A DNA stretch of 64,000 nt. It comes from Dehalococcoidia bacterium (GTDB lineage Bacteria > Chloroflexota > Dehalococcoidia > Lucifugimonadales > Australimonadaceae). Position numbers and translations under genes: made by a program. Of this stretch, positions 45,518 through 53,760 are shown one piece after another (positions within the stretch are counted from its first letter, which is position 1; every line of letters starts with the position of its first letter). The DNA lies in assembly GCA_965206315.1 (NCBI GenBank), contig OZ242210.1, positions 1,730,822-1,794,821 on the forward strand, read 5' to 3'. A model generated the notes under the pieces. It had not been told where the DNA came from, did not search any database, and saw only the letters and a program-made list of their open reading frames with translations.

Positions 45518-46576
45518 ATGAAGGCAGCGGTGTTGCAGGGCGCCGACCAGGACCTCGTGATCGAGGACTTCGAGTCGCCCGACGTTGGCGACGACGACGT
45601 GCTGATGGAAGTGACGGCGTGCGGCGTCTGCCACACGGACCTGAAGGTGCAGGACGGCTCAATACCGACGTCGTTGCCCGCGGTGCTGGGGCACGAGGTT
45701 TCCGGGGTCGTCGTGGGCGCGGGCAAGAACCAGCGCGAGCACTTCAACGACGGCGACAACGTGACGGTGGGGATGCGCTTCCGCTGCGGACGGTGCGAGT
45801 ACTGCATGACCGGGCTGTCGAACCTCTGCCAGCAGATGCCGCTCGGCTCGCCCTACCGCAGGGCGAGCGGCGAGACCGTGACGCGCTGGAACGTCGGCGG
45901 CTTCACACAGCTGCTGTCGGTGCCGGCGTACATGGTTTTCCACCTGCCGGACGGCGTGGGGCTGGAGGAGTCGTGCATCGTCGGATGCCGGGTGACGACG
46001 GCATACAACGCGGTGAAGAACGGCGCGCACCTCGCTCCCGGGGAGTCGGCGATGGTCATCGGCTGCGGCGGCGTCGGACTGAACATCATCCAGATGCTGC
46101 GGCTGTTCGGGGCGTACCCCATCGTCGCGGTGGACGTGGTCGGCAGCAAGCTGGAGGCGGCGCTCTCCTACGGCGCGACCCACATCGTGAACGCGACCTC
46201 CGACGACCCGGTCGAAGCGACGAAGGAGATCACGAAGGGCGGCGCGCGGAAGACGTTCGAGGCGATCGGCAACCCGGTGACCGCGGACCAGATCGTGCGG
46301 GCGACGCGGCCCACGGGCACGGCCACCATCGTTGGGGCGATGCCTCCGGGCCCCATCACCATCAACGACTCGCGCTTCCCGTTCAAGGAGATCAAGGTGA
46401 CAGGCGTGGCGATGCGCAGGACGAGCGACGTGACGGAGGTGCTCGACCTCGTCTCGCAGGGGCGCATCGAGCTCGGCTCGTTCATCACGAAGCGCTACGG
46501 GTTCGAGCAGATCAACGAAGCCATCGAGGACGTACACCACGGCAACGTGCTGATGGGCATCACGCTCTGGAACTAG
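45518..46576 (+). CDS. zinc-dependent alcohol dehydrogenase (MDR family)
   Basis: VTACGVCHTDLKVQDG, GHEVSGVV, structural Zn Cys cluster CGRCEYC and GCGGVGL. Confidence 0.9.
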   Translation: MKAAVLQGADQDLVIEDFESPDVGDDDVLMEVTACGVCHTDLKVQDGSIPTSLPAVLGHEVSGVVVGAGKNQREHFNDGDNVTVGMRFRCGRCEYCMTGLSNLCQQMPLGSPYRRASGETVTRWNVGGFTQLLSVPAYMVFHLPDGVGLEESCIVGCRVTTAYNAVKNGAHLAPGESAMVIGCGGVGLNIIQMLRLFGAYPIVAVDVVGSKLEAALSYGATHIVNATSDDPVEATKEITKGGARKTFEAIGNPVTADQIVRATRPTGTATIVGAMPPGPITINDSRFPFKEIKVTGVAMRRTSDVTEVLDLVSQGRIELGSFITKRYGFEQINEAIEDVHHGNVLMGITLWN

Positions 46577-46603
46577 GGGCGTGGGCGGCGAAAGGAGGAC
46601 GGC

Positions 46604-47401
46604 ATGACGCAGGCTCTGAGGGCATACGCGATCGGCGCGGCGAAGGGCGTCGAGGAGCACGTCTCCTTCCTGGAGGCGACGCCGAAGCGCATCCGCGCTA
46701 CGTTCGGCGGAGAGACGATCGTCGACACGACGCACGCGGTCATCATGTACGAAACGCGGCATCAGCCCGTGTACTACTTCCCGATGGCCGACGTGCGGAT
46801 GGACCTGCTGGAGGCGACCGATAAGAGCACCTTCTGACCGATCAAGGGAGACGCTCAGTACTGGAGCGTCAAGGTCGGCGACCGGGTGGAGGAGAACGCG
46901 GTCTGGGCATACCAGGAGCCGCTGGAAGGCTGCGTGGACGCCCGGAACTACGTTGCGTTCTTCTGGAACCGGATGGACGGCTGGTTCGAGGAGGAGGAAG
47001 AGGTCTTCATCGGCCCGAAGGACCCGTACACCCGGGTGGACTGCCTGCAGAGCTCGCGCCACGTGCGGGTGGAGCTGAACGGCGTGACGGTCGCGGAGAC
47101 CGACCAGCCGGTGATGCTGCTGGAGACCGGGCTGCCGCACCGCTACTACATCCCCGGCAAGGACGTGCGGAAGGACCTGCTCCGCCCGAGCGAGCGCGTG
47201 CTGGGCTCCACCTACAAGGGGATGGCGAACTACTTCCATGCGGACGTGGGCGGCGAGACGTTCGAGGACGTCGCGTGGACGTACCGCGACCCGACCACGG
47301 AGTCTGCGAAGATCGCGGGGTACGTCTGCTTCCCGCAGGGGAAGGCGGACGTGTACGTGGACGACGAACTGGAGCCGAAGCCGAATACGAGGTGGGACTA
47401 G
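46604..47401 (+). CDS. tandem DUF427 protein interrupted by one in-frame TGA (46835-46837): selenocysteine candidate or pseudogene
   Basis: ORFs 46604..46837 and 46886..47401 are in the same frame with no other stop. The read-through gives ...ATDKSTF[TGA]PIKGDAQYWSV..., and the second domain has STYKGMANYF at the equivalent spot. Confidence 0.55.
46838..46878 (+). promoter_or_regulatory. SECIS-like stem-loop immediately 3-prime of the in-frame TGA
   Basis: Lower stem CCGAUC/GGUCGG (46838-43 with 46873-78, one G-U). Upper perfect 7-bp stem GACGCUC/GAGCGUC (46850-56 with 46864-70). Loop AGUACUG starts 20 nt after the UGA. Confidence 0.45.
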
Positions 47402-47479
47402 GGGGCGCATACGCTCAAGTTCCGATGCGGCAAGCAGCGTGACGCCTGCTGGTATCATGGAGGCGGGGAGTAGGCCGCG

Positions 47480-48187
47480 ATGACGCCGCTGGTGGAAGAA
47501 CGCATCGCCGAGATAGAACGGCTCTGCCGGGAGCACGAAGTTGCCCGGCTGGAGCTGTTCGGCTCCGCTGCATCGGGAGCGTTCCGTCCCGGCGAGAGCG
47601 ACCTCGATTTCCTCGTGAGCTTCGAGCCCCGTCCAAAGGGCAGCCGCCCCGCGCCCTACTTCCGCCTCGTTGCCGCGCTTCAAGAGCTGTTCGGCATGGA
47701 CGTGGACCTAGTGGAGGAGGGGGCTATTCGCAACCCGTACTTCAGGCAGGCGGTTGATGCCGGCCCGAGGACGCCACTCTACGAATCTCCGACCGCGCCG
47801 GAACGCCCGCCGCTCACTGCCCCCCATCCCGCTCCGGAGTGCTCTCCCGTGGAACTACGAACCAAGAAACTGCTCTACGACATCAACCAGGCCGCCGGAA
47901 ACATCATCCGCTTTACGGAGGGCAAGACGCTCGACGACTACCTGGACGACCTGTTTCTCCGCAGCGCGGTGGAGCGGCAGTTCGAGATCATCGGCGAGGC
48001 GGCCACCCGCCTGGGCAGGCAAGACCATGCGACCCTCGAACGCATCACCGGCGACCAGGAGATCATCGGGTTCCGTAACCTCATCGCGCACGAGTACGAC
48101 AGGTTGGAGCATGCCCAGATATGGGAGATCGTCGAGCGGGACATCGCCGTCCTGCACGACGAGACCACAGCTCTTCTCGCCGAGTGA
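47480..48187 (+). CDS. single-polypeptide fusion of MNT-type nucleotidyltransferase (antitoxin-like) and HepT/DUF86 HEPN (toxin-like) domains
   Basis: N-terminus ELFGSAASGAFRPGESDLDFLV (GSx..DxD). Pro-rich linker PTAPERPPLTAPHPAPE. C-terminus GFRNLIAHEYD (Rx4HxY HEPN motif). Confidence 0.75.
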   Translation: MTPLVEERIAEIERLCREHEVARLELFGSAASGAFRPGESDLDFLVSFEPRPKGSRPAPYFRLVAALQELFGMDVDLVEEGAIRNPYFRQAVDAGPRTPLYESPTAPERPPLTAPHPAPECSPVELRTKKLLYDINQAAGNIIRFTEGKTLDDYLDDLFLRSAVERQFEIIGEAATRLGRQDHATLERITGDQEIIGFRNLIAHEYDRLEHAQIWEIVERDIAVLHDETTALLAE

Positions 48188-48205
48188 GGCACCCGTGCGG
48201 CGGTG

Positions 48206-49057
48206 CTATTCGTCGAACTCGCCGCGGAGTTCGCGGTAGAGGCGGGACATGAGCGGCGGGAGGCGGTCCTCCTGCCGCCCCCAGCCTGAGAACGGGCCGA
48301 GGTCGAGCGACGCCAGCGCCTCCTCCTCGGAGCGCCCCTGAGCGAAGCTGCGCTCGCCGTGCGCGGTGATGCGCAGCAGGCACTCCCGCATCTCGTCCAT
48401 GTCGGCGCGCGTCCCCAGCGGCCCGTGTCCGGGCACCACGACGTCGTACTCAACCTGCGCGGCACGCTCGGCGGTGTCCGCCCACGCGAGCGGGAAGCCG
48501 TCGCGGGCGTTCGGGATGTACTGGTGGAAGGAGAGGTCGCCCGCGAAGAAGACGCCCTCCGTCGGCAGGTAGACGGCGACGTCGCCGCGCGTGTGCGCCC
48601 TGCCGAAGAAGCGGAGCTCGACGGGACGCTCGCCGAGATGGAGCGTGAGCGTGTCGTTGAAGGTGAGGTTGGGAGGCGTCTGGGGAAGGTCGCGCCACTC
48701 CTCGTAGAGGGCGGGGTAGAGGTCGCGCAGGAACGCGCGGTGCGTGTCCCACTCGGTAGCGAGGTCGTCGCGGCAGGTGTCGTGCGCGATGATCGGCGCC
48801 TGTGGCATGAGCGCGTTGCCGAAGAGGTGGTCGCCGTGCCAGTGCGTGTTCACGACGTAGCGCACGGGCTTGTCGGTGACGCGGCGCGCTTCTGCCAGCA
48901 ATCGCTCGGCGAGCGCGGGGGTCATGAGCGTGTCGATGATGACGACGCCTTCCTCCTCCACGAGGAAGCCCGCGTCCGTGGCGCCGCCCGCCTGGATGAA
49001 GGCGTACGCGCCGGGGGCGACCTCGATGGCGCCGGTCCGGTAGTCGGCCTGCGTCAT
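48206..49057 (-). CDS. MBL-fold metallo-hydrolase
   Basis: VVNTHWHGDHLFGN; ATGA overlap with the upstream LLM gene. Confidence 0.85.
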   Translation of the reverse strand: MTQADYRTGAIEVAPGAYAFIQAGGATDAGFLVEEEGVVIIDTLMTPALAERLLAEARRVTDKPVRYVVNTHWHGDHLFGNALMPQAPIIAHDTCRDDLATEWDTHRAFLRDLYPALYEEWRDLPQTPPNLTFNDTLTLHLGERPVELRFFGRAHTRGDVAVYLPTEGVFFAGDLSFHQYIPNARDGFPLAWADTAERAAQVEYDVVVPGHGPLGTRADMDEMRECLLRITAHGERSFAQGRSEEEALASLDLGPFSGWGRQEDRLPPLMSRLYRELRGEFDE

Positions 49058-50004
49058 GACCGCAGCTCCGGCACGACCTTTGCGCTGAGCACGTCGATGG
49101 TGCGCTGCACGTCGGCGAGGCTTCGCGCCTGCGGCAGGAAGACGAAGTGGCTCACGCCCGCTTCCGCGTACTCCGCGAGCGTCGCCGTGATCCGCTGCGG
49201 CTCGCCGGTGAGCGCGCCGCGCTTCTCCGCGCCCGCGAGGTCCGGCTCGCTGCGCAGGTCGACGAGCACGCGGAGCGAGAGCGCGACCGCGTCGTCGCCG
49301 CGTCCGTGAGTCGCCGCCTCCTCGTTCATGGCGCGGTGCGCCTCTGCGAGCGCCTGGGGCGTCGTGGCGAACAGCGGTGGGAACCATGCGTCGCCGTACT
49401 TCGCAGCGCGACGCATGACCGGCTTCGTGTGACCGCCGACCCAGATGGGCGGATGGGGCGTCTGCGCCGGATGAGGGTAGGACTGGACGCCGCTCACGTC
49501 GAAGAACCGCCCCTCGAACCGTATCTCCTGCTCCGTCCACGCGGCGCGCACGAGGCGGAGGCTCTCGTCGAGCACGGCCCCGCGCCGGTCGAAGTCGAGG
49601 CCGAGCGCCTCGAACTCCTCGCGCAGCCAGCCTGCGGCGACGCCGAGGATGCTCCGTCCGCCGGAGAGCACGTCCAGCGTCGCCGTCGTCTTGGCCGCGG
49701 CGAGGGGGTGGCGCAGGGGCAGCAGCGTCACCGCCGTGCCGAGCTTGACGCGCGACGTGAACCCGGCGACCCAGGCGAGCGTCGTGAACTGGTCGAGGAA
49801 AGGGAGACCGGGGGCGATGAGGAACTCGCCGTCGGCGCTGTAGGGGTAGGTGGAAGTGTGACTGGTCGGGAGGACGACGTGGTCGGCGGCCCAGACGGAG
49901 TCGAGGCCGGACGCCTCGGCCTGCTCGGCGACGAGCCGCACGGCCGAAGGATCGTCCATGCCGATGGTGGGGAGCGACACGCCGAACTCGATCATGGGGC
50001 GCAT
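49054..50004 (-). CDS. LLM-class F420/flavin-dependent oxidoreductase
   Basis: FGVSLPT...GLDSVWAADHVV...LDVLSGGRSILGVAAGW. Confidence 0.85.
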   Translation of the reverse strand: MRPMIEFGVSLPTIGMDDPSAVRLVAEQAEASGLDSVWAADHVVLPTSHTSTYPYSADGEFLIAPGLPFLDQFTTLAWVAGFTSRVKLGTAVTLLPLRHPLAAAKTTATLDVLSGGRSILGVAAGWLREEFEALGLDFDRRGAVLDESLRLVRAAWTEQEIRFEGRFFDVSGVQSYPHPAQTPHPPIWVGGHTKPVMRRAAKYGDAWFPPLFATTPQALAEAHRAMNEEAATHGRGDDAVALSLRVLVDLRSEPDLAGAEKRGALTGEPQRITATLAEYAEAGVSHFVFLPQARSLADVQRTIDVLSAKVVPELRS

Positions 50005-50124
50005 GGTACAGGAGGAGGCGGCAGGCGCGGGAGCGGAGCAGTCTCCGGAAATGTGTCATCTGCCTCTTCCGGTTGCGGGATACACCTCGTATATGCTCCA
50101 TGCAGACGTACAGGAGGAACGGTT

Positions 50125-50568
50125 ATGCCTGTCGACGACGAACTTATCGTTGCGCTGCGTACTCAGGCCCACAACCTGCGTACCCCACGGCAGCGGGCGC
50201 AAGCGACGGGGTACGCGCTCATCCAATGCGCAGAACTGCTCGAGCGGGCGGTCCGCGTAACGGTGGACGAATCGCACAGGGCAGGAGTAGCGGAACGAAG
50301 GGCGCTTGCCACGCTGGAGATGCAGGAGCAGGCATCGGAGTCGCTGCAACGCGCGATGGACCTGCTCCAAGAGGCCATACGCATGACGGAGCCGGAGGAA
50401 CACGAGGCGGTGGTGCGGGCGGAACGGCTGCGGGCGCTTGCCGAATTCAAGGAGCAGGCAGCCCAGATGCTCAGGGAAGAGGAGCAACAGCAGGCCGAGA
50501 CCGAACGAGAGTTGGCGCAGGCATCCGACATGCTGCTTCGCGTGGCGGACAATCTCAGCAGAGGCTAG
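50125..50568 (+). CDS. hypothetical helical/coiled-coil protein
   Basis: AGGAGG lies 8 nt upstream of ATG 50125; Glu/Ala/Arg-rich with no motif. Confidence 0.5.
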   Translation: MPVDDELIVALRTQAHNLRTPRQRAQATGYALIQCAELLERAVRVTVDESHRAGVAERRALATLEMQEQASESLQRAMDLLQEAIRMTEPEEHEAVVRAERLRALAEFKEQAAQMLREEEQQQAETERELAQASDMLLRVADNLSRG

Positions 50569-50631
50569 CGGCGTGCACGTACGGCCGGGCGTATACTTGC
50601 CGCCGCATCCTACACGGACGGAGGCCTGACC

Positions 50632-51363
50632 ATGGCGCTCGACACCAGGGAGTTTCTCGCCGAGATGCAGCAGCTGCAGGAGCGGAAGCACAGCCGCAAG
50701 CACCCGCTGTTCGAGATGATCGAGGAGGGGCAGCTCACGCGCCCCCAGCTCAACGGGTTCATCAAGCAGTTCTACCTGCTCTTCCCCAAGCCGTTCCCGA
50801 AGCCCATCGCCGCGATGTTCGCGCGCGCCCCGCAGGACACGGAGCTGGAAAGGATGTGGTTCGAGAACCTGTCGGAGGAGGCGGAAGGCGGCGAGACCGG
50901 CACGGCGGGCCACAAGGAGCTGTATATCCGCTTCGCCGAGGCCGCAGGCATCCCGCGCGACGAGCTCAACGCGACCCAGCCGCTGCCGGAGACGCGCGGC
51001 CTGCTGAACTGGCGTGAGCTGCTCATCGGCCAGCGCTCGTGGCTGGAGCTGTACGCGTCGCAGGGGTTGGCGTTGGAGGGCACGGCGAGCGGTCGGATGC
51101 ACCGCGTGGTCAACGGCCTCGTCGACCACTACGGCTTCGAGCGCGACAGCGACGACATCCTGTACTGGACGCTGCACATGTCGGTCGACGAGGAGCACAT
51201 GAAGGTCGGGCCGTACGTCATCGAGAAGTACGCGGTGAGCGACCTCGAGCAGCAGTCCGTGCGGGAGTCGCTGAACGCGACGCTGGACATCTTCTGGCTG
51301 GTGTACGACGGCATCGTGCGCGCGTTCGTTGACGAGGACCCGCTCTACGAGGAGTGGCGGTAG
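50632..51363 (+). CDS. heme-oxygenase-like fold protein (TenA/PqqC family)
   Basis: HPLFEMIEEGQLTRPQLNGFIKQFY...ENLSEEA...HKELYIRFAEAAGI resembles PqqC/TenA-type iron-containing redox enzymes. Confidence 0.65.
   Translation: MALDTREFLAEMQQLQERKHSRKHPLFEMIEEGQLTRPQLNGFIKQFYLLFPKPFPKPIAAMFARAPQDTELERMWFENLSEEAEGGETGTAGHKELYIRFAEAAGIPRDELNATQPLPETRGLLNWRELLIGQRSWLELYASQGLALEGTASGRMHRVVNGLVDHYGFERDSDDILYWTLHMSVDEEHMKVGPYVIEKYAVSDLEQQSVRESLNATLDIFWLVYDGIVRAFVDEDPLYEEWR
51319..51363 (+). repeat. 45-nt direct repeat, copy 1 (last 14 codons plus stop of the TenA/PqqC-like gene)
   Basis: CGCGCGTTCGTTGACGAGGACCCGCTCTACGAGGAGTGGCGGTAG. Confidence 0.85.
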
Positions 51364-51380
51364 GGGATCAGGCAGAAGGA

Positions 51381-51414
51381 TGCCGTTGGCATGCTTGCTA
51401 CTATGCCGATGGCA
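51381..51414 (+). promoter_or_regulatory. two TGCCGNTGGCA palindromes upstream of vapB (candidate operator)
   Basis: TGCCGTTGGCA at 51381-51391 and TGCCGATGGCA at 51404-51414, 23 bp centre to centre, each followed by TGCT. Confidence 0.5.
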
Positions 51415-51429
51415 TGCTATAGTCATCCC

Positions 51430-51678
51430 ATGACGAACCTGCAAGTGAAGAACATTCCCGACGATCTCCATGACCGGCTGCGCCGCTATGCACAACGGAA
51501 GAACTGCACCATAGGCGCTGCAGTGCTTGCCGCCATCGAGCACGAATTGGCGATGAGCGAATGGAAGGAACGGTACGCTGAATTGCCTGAGACGCAACTC
51601 AGTGCGCCAGCCGCCACCCTTATCGCCACTGAACGCCAGTTGCGCGATGACGAGCTCTCCAACCCGGGCATGGAGTGA
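51430..51678 (+). CDS. vapB: ribbon-helix-helix antitoxin (VapB/FitA-like)
   Basis: MTNLQVKNIPDDLHDRLRRYAQRKNCTIGAAVLAAIEHEL; 4-nt overlap with the PIN gene. Confidence 0.8.
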   Translation: MTNLQVKNIPDDLHDRLRRYAQRKNCTIGAAVLAAIEHELAMSEWKERYAELPETQLSAPAATLIATERQLRDDELSNPGME

Positions 51679-52076
51679 GCAGCTACGTCGTAGATTCATC
51701 GGTCGCGGTCGAATACCTTCTCAAGACCCCACGCGGCCTCGCGGTTGGCCATGTCATCGGAGACGCCTGGCTGGCGGCGCCGGAACTAGTCGATGCCGAA
51801 GTGCTTTCCGTGCTGCGGCGTGAGGTCCTGGGTGGACGCCTCAACCCAGCCAAGGCCCGGGCGGTTATCGAGGTGATGTCTGCTTGGCCCCTAGAGAGGA
51901 TCCCTCACCGCGTGCTCGCTCCCCTTGCGTGGGAACACCACAGGAACGTAAGCGCCTACGACGCCTTCTATGTGGCTGCTGCGCAGTTGTACCAACTCCC
52001 GCTCATCACTGCTGATGGCCGCCTTGCGCGAGCACTGGAATCGAGTGCCGCAGTGCAGTACGTACACGTCGGGTAG
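51675..52076 (+). CDS. vapC: PIN-domain ribonuclease toxin
   Basis: YVVDSSVAVEYL (first acidic residue), ELVDAEV, SAYDAFYVAAA and ITADGRLA. Confidence 0.85.
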   Translation: MSSYVVDSSVAVEYLLKTPRGLAVGHVIGDAWLAAPELVDAEVLSVLRREVLGGRLNPAKARAVIEVMSAWPLERIPHRVLAPLAWEHHRNVSAYDAFYVAAAQLYQLPLITADGRLARALESSAAVQYVHVG

Positions 52077-52079
52077 GCG

Positions 52080-52124
52080 CGCGCCTTCGTGGACGAGGAC
52101 CCGCTGTACGAGGAGTGGGGGTAG
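52080..52124 (+). repeat. 45-nt direct repeat, copy 2
   Basis: CGCGCCTTCGTGGACGAGGACCCGCTGTACGAGGAGTGGGGGTAG has 40/45 identity to 51319-51363, and the differences are mostly third-codon positions. Confidence 0.85.
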
Positions 52125-52159
52125 AGGTTAGTCCCACTCAGATGATCCAGGCCCGTCGG

Positions 52160-52393
52160 CTACCTCGATGCGGTGGGTCTAACACCGGCGGGGTATCTGG
52201 CGACTACCTGGGACCATTCGCAGCCGGTGCACTCGAAGACCAGTTCGACCCATACGGTGTTCTCCCAGTCCAGGAGCTGCCGGGGCTCCGTCTCCCGCTG
52301 GGTCACGGTCGTCTCCCCGCAGCGAGGACACGCATAGGCGATGACCGGCTTCGTACCCTGCGGCATCGGCTGGCTTCCTTCGAGGGGCGGCAC
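52160..52393 (-). CDS. small zinc-ribbon protein
   Basis: CPRCGETT...CTGCEWS (CxxC x2). It starts 3 nt after the stop of the upstream Rieske oxygenase gene. Confidence 0.5.
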   Translation of the reverse strand: MPPLEGSQPMPQGTKPVIAYACPRCGETTVTQRETEPRQLLDWENTVWVELVFECTGCEWSQVVARYPAGVRPTASR

Positions 52394-52395
52394 CT

Positions 52396-53739
52396 TCAGC
52401 GCACCGCGCCGTAGACCTCTTCGACCCGCCTGTGCAACTCCTGCACGAGCTCATTGGCAGGAGCGTAGCGGCCAACGTCGTCGCGCCAGTAGCCGCGATG
52501 GTACTGCTCGCGGTAGCCGCCGATCCTGCTGCCGATACGCCGGAGGGCCTCTTCTTCGTCCCGGTAGCGGACCTGCGAAACGATCTCCTCCATGTGGTCA
52601 GGGTCGCGGAACACGTTGAGGGGGTCGCCGCCGTCCTCCACGATGCGCATGTTCTCCTCCAACTGGCGCCGGAGGAAGACGATGGGGATGTCGGTGCGGC
52701 CGAGGTTCTCGGCGGTGCGGTCCGTTATGGCGCCCTGCGACCACCACGCGATCATGTCCTGAGTGAAGGTGTGGTCGAGGATCGCCTTCCCCTGCCGGTC
52801 CCAGAGGGGGACTTCGTAGAAGGGGACGATCTCCTGCACGGGCGCATCGACTCCCTTCGGGGCGGCTGCTATCTCGTAGTGGATGTAGTAGGTGCTGGTG
52901 TCGTCGATGGGCACGCGCACCTGGGTCCTGTTGTACATGGTGTTGCCGATCTCGCCGCCGGTCATGACGGGGAAGATGACGGTCGAGTGTCCGGCCTCCC
53001 CGTCGAAGTCGGCGCCGAGTGCACTGGAGTAGCTGATCCCCTTCTCCATGCCGTACGGGGTGGGCCGGGCGTAGAGGCCCTCTATGCCGACGCCGGAGCG
53101 GATGGAGGTGAAGGCCCGGTGCGTCTGCTCGTCCGGGACCCGGTCCTCCAGCAGCCCATCTTTCTCCAGCGCGTACTTGAAGAGCTCGCCGTGGAGCCAG
53201 GGGTTGTGAGCGGGGTCTCCGGTGTTCTCCCAGCTCTGGAGCCAGTTGCAGGGCAGGACCGTGCAGGCGACCTGGCGGATGGCGTTGGGCCATACGAAGA
53301 CGGGCCAGGGCGGCAGCAGCGGCGCGGGTTCGGGGCCAAGGTAGGCCCAGATGAGGCCGCCCACCTCCCGCGTCGGGTAGCCCCTGAGCTTGATGCGGCC
53401 AGTGAAGGCGCTGTCGCGCGCCTCCAGCGGAGTGTCGAGGCATCGCCCGTCGGCGCCGTAGAGCCAGCCGTGGTATGAACAGCGCAACCCATCTTCATCC
53501 GGGATGCCCCATTCCAGGCCCATCGAGCGGTGGGCGCACCTGTCCCCGATGAGGCCGATCTCTCCGTTGAGCGTGCGGAAGAGAACGAGGTCCTCGCCCA
53601 GCAGGCGCACCTTCATGACCGGCTCGGAGAGGAGTTGGGCGTAGGGCCTGAGCGGCAGCCAGTAGCGGCGCAGCAACTCGCCGCCCGGAGTCCCCGGGCC
53701 CACCCGAGCCAACCGCTCGTTCGTTTCCGCCGTGAGCAT
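52396..53739 (-). CDS. Rieske non-heme iron oxygenase, alpha-subunit type (paralogue 1)
   Basis: CAHRSMGLEWG...CSYHGW Rieske ligands and GDPAHNPWLHGE mononuclear iron motif; GGAGGA upstream. Confidence 0.88.
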   Translation of the reverse strand: MLTAETNERLARVGPGTPGGELLRRYWLPLRPYAQLLSEPVMKVRLLGEDLVLFRTLNGEIGLIGDRCAHRSMGLEWGIPDEDGLRCSYHGWLYGADGRCLDTPLEARDSAFTGRIKLRGYPTREVGGLIWAYLGPEPAPLLPPWPVFVWPNAIRQVACTVLPCNWLQSWENTGDPAHNPWLHGELFKYALEKDGLLEDRVPDEQTHRAFTSIRSGVGIEGLYARPTPYGMEKGISYSSALGADFDGEAGHSTVIFPVMTGGEIGNTMYNRTQVRVPIDDTSTYYIHYEIAAAPKGVDAPVQEIVPFYEVPLWDRQGKAILDHTFTQDMIAWWSQGAITDRTAENLGRTDIPIVFLRRQLEENMRIVEDGGDPLNVFRDPDHMEEIVSQVRYRDEEEALRRIGSRIGGYREQYHRGYWRDDVGRYAPANELVQELHRRVEEVYGAVR

Positions 53740-53760
53740 GCTGGCCTCCTCCCGGCTTCG

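Noticed and set aside
45659-47683. 674-aa minus-strand ORF
   Set aside because: It is antisense to the zinc alcohol dehydrogenase and DUF427 genes, whose motifs are unambiguous, and it has shadow-ORF composition.
48206-50101. 631-aa run-through ORF
   Set aside because: Only the C-terminal 283 aa (the MBL hydrolase from ATG 49057) are protein-like. The upstream part overlaps the LLM oxidoreductase gene, which is in a different frame with clear motifs.
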